DNA of 32,000 nucleotides from assembly GCF_000018105.1 (NCBI RefSeq), contig NC_009929.1:90001-122000 (forward strand), given 5' to 3'. Below the pieces are notes generated by a model. It was not told the origin of the DNA, did not search any database, and saw only the letters and a list, made by a program, of their open reading frames with translations. This DNA is from Acaryochloris marina MBIC11017 (GTDB taxonomy: Bacteria > Cyanobacteriota > Cyanobacteriia > Thermosynechococcales > Thermosynechococcaceae). This document shows positions 25,068-32,000 of this stretch, piece by piece. Made by a program: the position numbers and the translations under genes. The stretch's first letter is position 1, and each line of letters starts with the position of its first letter.

Positions 25068-27424
25068 CCCTTGACCAAAAACTCCTTCGAGATCTCCGTC
25101 ATCTCCGAGGACAGGTGATTGCGATTGCCTTAATCGTCGCCTGTGGAATTGCTTGTTTGGTGACCATGCTGAGCGCCTACGACTCCTTGCAGCTCTCACA
25201 ACAGACCTACTATGATCGCTATCAATTTGCGGATGTATTTGCTCAGCTGAAGCGGGCACCGGATTCCCTTATAGAGCGAATTGCGGAACTACCAGGTGTG
25301 CAGCAGGTGCAGACGCGGGTGGTCGTGGATGTGAATTTGGATGTGCCTTCCTTACCGGAACCTGCAACTGGACGGTTGATTGCCATTCCTGAGCAGCAGA
25401 CCCCGATGTTAAATGATCTGTTCATTCGTCAAGGCCAATATATTGAACCCGGACGACGAGATCAGGTTTTAGTCAGTGAGGTGTTTGCCCAAGCGAATCA
25501 TTTAGAGCTGGGGGATACCTTGGGCGCCGTGATCAATGAACGGTGGCAGCAATTGCGGATTGTCGGGATTGCCTTATCACCAGAATATGTTTATGAAATT
25601 AGGGGAGTGGAGCTGTTCCCAGACAATCAGCGCTTTGGGGTGATCTGGATGGGGCGCGAGGCGTTGGGAACAGCCTTTGATATGGATGGAGCGTTTAATG
25701 ATGTCGCCCTATCCTTGATGCCAAGCGCTAATCCGGCCAGTGTTATTTTCCGGCTTGATCAGTTATTGAAACCCTACGGAGGGCTGGGGGCTTACGAACG
25801 AGCTGATCAGATTTCCCATCAGTTTATCAACAGCGAAATCGAGAGCTTGGCAGCTACCGCAGTCATGGTGCCCTTTGTGTTTTTGGGGATTGCTGCGTTC
25901 TTGCTGAATCTGGTTCTTGCGCGGCTAGTGAGTACCCAGCGAGATCAAATTGCCGTTTTGAAAGCTTTTGGCTACGACAATCTCGCTGTGGGTTGGCATT
26001 ACTTAAAGCTCGTCTTGGTGATTACCCTGCTTGGAGCCGGGTTAGGGACAATTGTTGGTATTGGTTTGGGGGCCGTTATTACTGAGAACTATGCCCGCTT
26101 CTATCACTTTCCGGTGCTGCGGTATCGAGCGGGCCTTCAGATTATGATCACTGCCATTGTTGTGAGTGGAGGGGCGGCTGTCCTCGGGACATTCACGGCA
26201 GTGAAACAGGCTGTATCTTTACCCCCCGCAGAGGCCATGCGGCCCGAGCCTCCAGCATCCTTTCGACGCACGATTATTGAGCGGATGGGAATGCAACAGT
26301 TTATCCCTCCAGTGGGGCAAATTATTCTGCGGAACCTAGAACGGCGATCGTTGCAGGCGAGTCTTTCAATTCTGGGGATTGCTGCTGCAGTAGCCATCCT
26401 CGTCATTGGTCGCTATTTCGAGGATGCCACCAACTACATGATCGAAGCCCAGTTTCGGCAGGTGCAGCGAGAAGATGTAACCCTGGTATTTAATGAACCG
26501 CTGTCCAGTCGCGCCCGTTATGAATTAACCCATTTACCGGGAGTAATGCAAGCTGAGCCCTTCCGGGCCGTTCCAGCTCGTCTACGATTTCAGCATCAAA
26601 CCCACCTGAGTGGCTTGACAGGATTGGAGCCTCAAGGAGAATTACGGCGTCTATTAGACCAAGACTTCTACCCCGTACCTCTCCCTGATCAGGGGGTGGT
26701 CTTAACCACAAAGTTGGCTGAAATCTTAGGCGTAACGCCCGGTGATCCACTGACAGTGGAAGTTTTAGAGGGAGAACGCCCTACCCGGACAGTGCCAGTG
26801 GTGGGATTCGTCGATGAATTGATTGGTTTGGGGGCTTATATGGATATTCATGCCCTCAATCGATTAATGCGAGAAGGGCCAACCCTATCAGGAGCCTACC
26901 TGACCGTGGATGCTCACCACTTGGAGCAGCTCTATACCCAACTAAAACAAACCCCTGCTGTGGCTAGCGTGGCCTTGCGGGAGCGGGTGATTACTGAGTT
27001 TGAAAAGACCATTGGTGGCAGTTTTGCGATTTTCACGACCGTGTTGGTTATTTTTTCAAGTGTGATTGCCTTTGGGGTAGTCTATAACGTTGCCCGGATT
27101 GCGCTTTCAGAGCGCGACCGTGAACTCGCAACCTTGCGTATTATTGGGTTTACCCAAGGAGAAATTGCCGTCATCTTGCTCGGTGAGCAAGCCATCGTCA
27201 CCGTTGTGGCGATTCCCTTCGGCTTTGCCTTGGGATTTGGCTTAGCGGCTCTGATTACTCGGGCCTACGATTGGGAATTGTTTCGATTCCCCTTAATTGT
27301 CACGCCCGCTAGCTACGCCTTTGCCTTTGTGATTATTTTTCTAGTAGCTCTGGGTTCTGGAGGATTAATTCGTCGTCAGCTCAACCATTTGGATTTAATT
27401 GCCGTGCTCAAAACCCGCGAATGA
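25061..27424 (+). CDS. ABC transporter permease with duplicated FtsX-type domains
   Basis: 787 aa. GTG start overlaps the ATPase stop. Two blocks of hydrophobic helices are separated by large extracytoplasmic regions. LKAFGY and LRIIGF motifs are typical of FtsX/MacB permeases. Confidence 0.8.
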   Translation: MVALDQKLLRDLRHLRGQVIAIALIVACGIACLVTMLSAYDSLQLSQQTYYDRYQFADVFAQLKRAPDSLIERIAELPGVQQVQTRVVVDVNLDVPSLPEPATGRLIAIPEQQTPMLNDLFIRQGQYIEPGRRDQVLVSEVFAQANHLELGDTLGAVINERWQQLRIVGIALSPEYVYEIRGVELFPDNQRFGVIWMGREALGTAFDMDGAFNDVALSLMPSANPASVIFRLDQLLKPYGGLGAYERADQISHQFINSEIESLAATAVMVPFVFLGIAAFLLNLVLARLVSTQRDQIAVLKAFGYDNLAVGWHYLKLVLVITLLGAGLGTIVGIGLGAVITENYARFYHFPVLRYRAGLQIMITAIVVSGGAAVLGTFTAVKQAVSLPPAEAMRPEPPASFRRTIIERMGMQQFIPPVGQIILRNLERRSLQASLSILGIAAAVAILVIGRYFEDATNYMIEAQFRQVQREDVTLVFNEPLSSRARYELTHLPGVMQAEPFRAVPARLRFQHQTHLSGLTGLEPQGELRRLLDQDFYPVPLPDQGVVLTTKLAEILGVTPGDPLTVEVLEGERPTRTVPVVGFVDELIGLGAYMDIHALNRLMREGPTLSGAYLTVDAHHLEQLYTQLKQTPAVASVALRERVITEFEKTIGGSFAIFTTVLVIFSSVIAFGVVYNVARIALSERDRELATLRIIGFTQGEIAVILLGEQAIVTVVAIPFGFALGFGLAALITRAYDWELFRFPLIVTPASYAFAFVIIFLVALGSGGLIRRQLNHLDLIAVLKTRE

Positions 27425-27437
27425 GGAGGAAGTTCCG

Positions 27438-28928
27438 ATGCAACACAAACAACATCGCCCCTTAATCCCGTGGTTGCGCAGGCCGCAACAGAAGCCCACG
27501 GTGCCCTCCTCCCCTTACCCGCCAGGCGAAGGGTATTCTCCCCCTTCAACTCAACTTAAACCCCAAACCCCAAACCCCAAAACGCGCCTACCTCCCTGGA
27601 AGCGCCTCCCCCGTCGTCTTCCCTATTGGCTGTTAGGATTGGGCGTTGCGACCCTCGTGGCCCTTGCTTTTCGACCCACGCCAATTGCAGTGGACTTAGG
27701 CCAAGTTCAACGCGGTCCGCTCCAAGTCACCGTTGATGCTGAGGGTAAAACGAGGGTGCGAAATCGCTTTACGATTGCAGCCCCAGTGGCAGGACGTCTG
27801 GCCCGCATTGACTTGGATCCAGGCGATCCGGTTCAATCAGGAGCCGTCGTGGCTCGGATAGATCCCCTTCCTCTGACAACCAAGGTCAAAGAAGCCCAAG
27901 CTCGGTTGCAAGAACTGCGCGCCCAACTGGCAGGAGTGGAAACCCAGCGTCCTAAATCCGCAGCCTTGGCTCAAGCCCAAGCTCAGATTCGAGTGGCGAT
28001 CGCCGCTAAACAACAGGCAGAGGCTCGGCTAGCGGATGCTAAAGCGGCCTTGGCTCAGGCCACTCGAGATCGCAAACGTGCCCAGGATTTGGAAGTGGCA
28101 GGAGCCCAGACTCGAAAGGTCCGTGAGGATGCTGAGTTAGCGGCAACCCAACGACAGCAAGAATTGGAAGTGGCTCAAAAACAGGTCCAAGGTGCGATCT
28201 CAACTGTCGCTGCCGCCCAAAAAGCGTTTTCTGTCCTCAAGGCCGAACAGCAAGATCCCGACTATTTATTAGAGGTCTATCGAGCCCAAATTTCCAGTAC
28301 AGAATCCACCTTGGTTAATCTTGCGGATGAAGCACGTCGAACCGTTGTTCGAGCCCCCGTTGGAGGCAAAGTCTTTCGAGTACTGCAAGAAAGTGCGCGC
28401 TTTATACCAGCTGGTGAACCTCTCCTAGAGTTGGGAGATGCCAGACAATTGGAACTGGTAATTGACGTCCTCTCAACGGATGCCGTTAAGGTCAAACCTG
28501 GTGCTTTTATTCAAGTTGACCATTGGGGTGGCCCTCACACCCTCCAAGCCCAAGTGCGCTATGTTGAGCCCTCAGCCTTTACAGAAGTGTCCGCTTTGGG
28601 AGTAGAAGAACAGCGCGTCAACATTATTGCTGACTTTATTCCCCCTCCTCGATCCTTGGGAGATGGCTATCGGGTCGAAGCGCGTATTGTTGTCTGGGAG
28701 GACAAGGATGCACTCAAGGTACCCGTGAGTGCATTATTCAGATGTGAGAATCAGAAATGGTGTGCCTTTGTGGCAGAGCAGGGAAAGGCCCAGCGACGTC
28801 AAGTGATCATCAGCCAACGCAGTCAGCGAGAAGCAGCGGTGAAGAAAGGACTAGAAGTCGGTGAAAAAGTCATTCTTCATCCCACGGAGCAGATCAAGGC
28901 GAACCAACGCATTCACAGTAGAAGCTAG
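27438..28928 (+). CDS. HlyD-family periplasmic adaptor (membrane fusion protein) with proline-rich N-terminus
   Basis: GAGGAGG RBS before ATG 27438. TM segment YWLLGLGVATLVALAF, lipoyl-like APVAGRLARIDLDPGDPVQSGAVVARID, a long A/Q coiled coil, and VRAPVGGKVF. Confidence 0.8.
   Translation: MQHKQHRPLIPWLRRPQQKPTVPSSPYPPGEGYSPPSTQLKPQTPNPKTRLPPWKRLPRRLPYWLLGLGVATLVALAFRPTPIAVDLGQVQRGPLQVTVDAEGKTRVRNRFTIAAPVAGRLARIDLDPGDPVQSGAVVARIDPLPLTTKVKEAQARLQELRAQLAGVETQRPKSAALAQAQAQIRVAIAAKQQAEARLADAKAALAQATRDRKRAQDLEVAGAQTRKVREDAELAATQRQQELEVAQKQVQGAISTVAAAQKAFSVLKAEQQDPDYLLEVYRAQISSTESTLVNLADEARRTVVRAPVGGKVFRVLQESARFIPAGEPLLELGDARQLELVIDVLSTDAVKVKPGAFIQVDHWGGPHTLQAQVRYVEPSAFTEVSALGVEEQRVNIIADFIPPPRSLGDGYRVEARIVVWEDKDALKVPVSALFRCENQKWCAFVAEQGKAQRRQVIISQRSQREAAVKKGLEVGEKVILHPTEQIKANQRIHSRS
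27558..27578 (+). repeat. (AAACCCC)x3 heptanucleotide tandem repeat inside the adaptor gene
   Basis: Three exact units read directly from the sequence, encoding KPQTPNPK. Confidence 0.9.
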
Positions 28929-29034
28929 CGTTGCCCTCACGAATTCCTCAAGGGAATTTCATACCTTTGAAATAGAGAGCTTCAGCGTTGGGTTCAACCC
29001 TGAAGAGCTGCATTGTCTAGAAATCAATGAAGTC

Positions 29035-29424
29035 ATGGAATATCTCTACTTCTTTGATAACGCCAGTCTTACGATCCGGGTGATCGAGTATCTACAGCAA
29101 TGCAGAGGATTGTCGTTAGACCTGGTAACCGTTATTTATTTGTCTGGTGGATGGTTGATGCGGATTAAGTTCAAAGAATGGCTCGCCCCCAAAACAGCAA
29201 CGAACGTTCGGGCCGTCATGGATGAGTTTGGATATGCTTGTATGCCTTCCCCAGCGATGATGGCCGCGTTGAAAAGTCTTGTGGATGGGCAATCGCCAGC
29301 AGCTGTGATGCAGCGCTTTCGGATTGCCGTCGTTACCCATGGCCCACCGAGTCGAGAAGAGATTGAAGCCTTTCAACAGCAGTTTATCCTACAGTCAGGC
29401 GCTTATCCCAAAAGTCTGCGGTAG
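29035..29424 (+). CDS. hypothetical protein (129 aa)
   Basis: First ATG/GTG/TTG in this frame after the adaptor gene stop. The RBS is weak. No family recognised. Confidence 0.35.
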   Translation: MEYLYFFDNASLTIRVIEYLQQCRGLSLDLVTVIYLSGGWLMRIKFKEWLAPKTATNVRAVMDEFGYACMPSPAMMAALKSLVDGQSPAAVMQRFRIAVVTHGPPSREEIEAFQQQFILQSGAYPKSLR

Positions 29425-29449
29425 GGACCATGAGGGAGGTAACAGTGTG

Positions 29450-29890
29450 ATGATGAATATTAAGCTCAACCAACACCCAGAACCATTCCAGCCAGTGACG
29501 GATCCTTGGCAGGGTACCCTGGTGCAATCGATTCCCCAGCACCCATCTGAGACTCCTACCGTTCCATGGAACTTACAGGCGATACTGAGTCCGACTGGCA
29601 TCCCTGATGCACCGGCTTTATCGGCTGGCGTTCGTGAGAAAAGCCCTACGGTACAATTTTTACTTCGATGGGGTTTGAAACTTTCCCCCACCGATCATTC
29701 GGTCGCAGGACTCAGAGATGCCTTGGCCCTTCTCCTGTGGCAGGCATCCATCTGCCAACTCTCTCAAATACTGATTGAAGAGGAGTTGAGACTCAACGTG
29801 TTTGGCCAGGATAAACTCAAGACCCAAATCGAAAAGGCACTAGCTCTCCTCTTTTGGCTGGGACAAAGTGATGCGATGATGCCCGCCTAA
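29450..29890 (+). CDS. hypothetical protein (146 aa)
   Basis: GAGGGAGG RBS 10 nt before ATGATG at 29450. Proline-rich N-terminal half and helical-looking C-terminal half. Confidence 0.4.
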   Translation: MMNIKLNQHPEPFQPVTDPWQGTLVQSIPQHPSETPTVPWNLQAILSPTGIPDAPALSAGVREKSPTVQFLLRWGLKLSPTDHSVAGLRDALALLLWQASICQLSQILIEEELRLNVFGQDKLKTQIEKALALLFWLGQSDAMMPA

Positions 29891-29919
29891 ACTGTTCCTG
29901 CAATTATTGGACATCGCCC

Positions 29920-31008
29920 ATGCCCATCGATTCTATCTCTTGCCCTATCCCCATCGAGCAATATCCCCAGGTTTTGTTAGCTCATGGTGGAGGGGGTAAG
30001 CTGATGCATCAGCTGATTGAGCAGATGTTCGGGCGTCTATTCCAATCGGAAGATCGTCACCACCATGATGCTGCGGTCCTTGGTGTCCCACCGGGACGAC
30101 TCGCGTTGACGACCGACTCCTATGTGGTCCATCCCCTATTTTTCCCAGGAGGGGATATTGGTTCGCTAGCTGTCTACGGCACTGTGAATGATCTGGCGAT
30201 GGCAGGGGCTCGTCCCCTTTACCTCAGCACCAGCTTTATTCTGGAAGAGGGACTCTCTATGACTACCCTTTGGCAAGTTGTGCAATCCATGCAACAGGCC
30301 GCCCACCAAGCTGATGTTCAGATCGTCACGGGTGATACAAAAGTGGTGGAACGAGGAAAAGGGGATGGTGTGTTCATTAATACGGCAGGTGTGGGGATAA
30401 TTGAACATCACCAGACCATCCATCCTCAATCGATCCAGCCAGGTGATCTGGTCATCCTTAATGGTGACCTAGGCCGTCATGGTATGGCTGTTTTGGCGGA
30501 ACGGGAAGGGTTGGAATTTGAGAGTGAAATCAAGAGCGATTCAGCTCCTCTGAATCATGTGGTGTTAGATCTGTTCGCCCATGGTGTCGAGCTGCACTGT
30601 ATGCGGGATTTAACACGGGGAGGATTAGCGAGTGCCTTAAATGAGATCGCTTTGGCAACTGGGGTTGCGATCTCACTGGATGAAACCTGTATTCCTATCC
30701 GAGAGGACGTCCAGGGTGCCTGTGAAATTCTAGGATTTGATCCCTTGTATGTAGCGAATGAAGGCCGTTTCATCGCCTTTGTTCCACCACAATCTGTAGA
30801 CTTAGCCCTTGCCAGACTGAATGCCCCACTGTCCTTCCCCTTATCTGGGCAGAGCGATACCCATCCTCAAATGAGACATCAGCATCCGGCACAGGTGATT
30901 GGTCAAGTCACAACCACCACATCCCCTCGGGTTACCCTAACCAACCGACTTGGTGTGGAGAGAATCGTTGATTTCTTAAGTGGGGAGCAACTCCCTCGAA
31001 TTTGCTAA
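29920..31008 (+). CDS. hypE: [NiFe]-hydrogenase maturation protein HypE
   Basis: [42 protein letters not shown] and the terminal PRIC motif. Confidence 0.9.
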   Translation: MPIDSISCPIPIEQYPQVLLAHGGGGKLMHQLIEQMFGRLFQSEDRHHHDAAVLGVPPGRLALTTDSYVVHPLFFPGGDIGSLAVYGTVNDLAMAGARPLYLSTSFILEEGLSMTTLWQVVQSMQQAAHQADVQIVTGDTKVVERGKGDGVFINTAGVGIIEHHQTIHPQSIQPGDLVILNGDLGRHGMAVLAEREGLEFESEIKSDSAPLNHVVLDLFAHGVELHCMRDLTRGGLASALNEIALATGVAISLDETCIPIREDVQGACEILGFDPLYVANEGRFIAFVPPQSVDLALARLNAPLSFPLSGQSDTHPQMRHQHPAQVIGQVTTTTSPRVTLTNRLGVERIVDFLSGEQLPRIC

Positions 31009-31095
31009 GTGATTGAGTCTCGTCAACGTAAATATACGAGTAGGACAATGCCCTGTTTCTGGTACTTGGATGCTCAGAAAATCCTCACAATTGAA

Positions 31096-31115
31096 GCGCT
31101 AACTATAGTTAGCGC
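31096..31115 (+). terminator. perfect 20-bp palindrome GCGCTAACTATAGTTAGCGC after hypE
   Basis: Exact dyad 88 nt after the hypE stop, followed by CTTAAAAATTCT (weakly U-rich). Confidence 0.35.
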
Positions 31116-31201
31116 CTTAAAAATTCTGATGTAAGTGATAGAGCGCCTTTAATTCACGCATTTATCTCAAACCAAATTCGAGATTCCTGGAGCTTAAATT
31201 C

Positions 31202-32000
31202 ATGATTCACACAGAACCCCGCCTTTTCTCGGAAACCAGCCGTAAGCAAGCATTGATATTAGGTTTCGATGAGGTGGGCATTGCCGATATTCCCCTAGTT
31301 GGCGGCAAAAATGCCTCCCTAGGTGAAATGATTCAGCACCTGGTTCCTCTAGGCGTGAACGTCCCCAATGGCTTTGCCACTACCGCCTATGCCTATCGAT
31401 ATTTTATTCAGCAAGCAGGGATTGAAGCTCAACTCCGGCAGATTTTTACCGATTTAGATATCGAAGATGTCGATAATTTACGTCAGCGAGGACGACAGGC
31501 GCGCGCTCTGATTCTCCACACCCCCTTTCCCAAAGATCTGGAGCTAGCGATTTCCACCTCCTATTGCCAATTATGTGAACAATATGGCGTGGGCAATGTC
31601 GCTGAGAGTCGAGACTCCAAAACCCAAGAACGCCTGCAAGCCTACCATTACAACGTTGATGTCGCTGTCCGCTCTAGTGCTACAGCCGAAGACCTACCCG
31701 ATGCGAGCTTTGCTGGACAACAGGAAACCTACCTGAATGTTCATGGCGTTAAGCAGGTTTTAGAATCCTGCCATAAATGCTTTGCTTCCATCTTCACAGA
31801 CCGGGCGATTTCCTATCGCACCCTCAAAGGCTTTGATCATTTCCAGGTGGCCCTATCTGTGGGAGTGCAAAAGATGGTGCGCTCGGATCTAGCGTCTTCA
31901 GGGGTAATGTTCTCCATCGATACCGAAACTGGATTTAAGAATGCTGCATTAGTCACCTCTGCCTATGGTCTAGGTGAGAATGTGGTCCAAGGTGCCGTCA
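31202..32000 (+). CDS. ppsA: phosphoenolpyruvate synthase, 5' portion (runs off the window)
   Basis: VGGKNASLGEMI, VPNGFATTAYAY, VAVRSSATAEDLPDASFAGQQETYLNV and SGVMFSIDTETGF. It is absent from the ORF track because there is no stop codon before the window end. Confidence 0.9.
   Translation, partial: MIHTEPRLFSETSRKQALILGFDEVGIADIPLVGGKNASLGEMIQHLVPLGVNVPNGFATTAYAYRYFIQQAGIEAQLRQIFTDLDIEDVDNLRQRGRQARALILHTPFPKDLELAISTSYCQLCEQYGVGNVAESRDSKTQERLQAYHYNVDVAVRSSATAEDLPDASFAGQQETYLNVHGVKQVLESCHKCFASIFTDRAISYRTLKGFDHFQVALSVGVQKMVRSDLASSGVMFSIDTETGFKNAALVTSAYGLGENVVQGAV

Noticed and set aside
27558-27578. Telomere-like reading of the CCCCAAA repeats
   Set aside because: There are only three units, they are internal to a bacterial coding sequence, and the frame is maintained. 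The array is treated as an STRR-like or slippage-prone repeat instead.
28976-29006. tRNA T-arm-like GGGTTCAACCC within the hairpin CTTCAG...CTGAAG after the adaptor gene
   Set aside because: No acceptor, D or anticodon arms can be built around it, so it is just a small hairpin.
1-32000. CRISPR arrays, tRNA or rRNA genes, and complete known defence systems (RM, CBASS, retron, toxin-antitoxin pairs)
   Set aside because: I found no regularly spaced direct repeats, no tRNA cloverleaf candidates, no rRNA-like stretches, and no reverse transcriptase, cyclase or methyltransferase signatures in any ORF.

Overview
This looks like cyanobacterial DNA. The HIP1 octamer GCGATCGC occurs at 1163, 21342, 23351, 24807 and 27996, and a psbU homologue and hyp genes are present. 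It is most likely a plasmid, chromid or mosaic accessory region. It carries its own parA plus partner partition module with an elaborate operator, an IS6 remnant, a MITE-like element and at least five decayed genes.

The window falls into three blocks.

(1) 1-9.5 kb is a mobile or plasmid-type backbone. It holds small orphan genes, a Zn-ribbon/DUF488 gene pair, a truncated PAPS-reductase-like gene, a Cas4-like PD-(D/E)XK nuclease, an NtcA-like Crp-family regulator, an orphan CheY receiver and the parA module.

(2) 9.5-16.3 kb is a decay zone. It holds a udk fragment, a DUF1993 gene with a nonsense codon, an intact FdhF/YdeP-type molybdopterin oxidoreductase, an mscS gene fused end-to-end to a truncated IS6 transposase, and a 244-bp hairpin-ended non-autonomous element.

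(3) 16.5-32 kb is a mostly plus-strand metabolic island. It holds a psbU paralogue, an mreB paralogue, a DHOD-like flavoprotein, pfkA translationally coupled to hypD, hsp20, a Zn-ADH, a MacB-type ABC/FtsX/HlyD efflux operon, two orphans, hypE and ppsA (3' partial).

I found no rRNA, tRNA or CRISPR array, and I could not recognise any canonical defence system. The best candidates for something new are the psbU-mreB paralogue pair, the twin-hairpin element, the Zn-ribbon/DUF488/nuclease small-gene module, and the TTGAG/CTCAA operator cluster next to the Crp-family gene. All family calls rest on by-eye motif recognition, not database searches.
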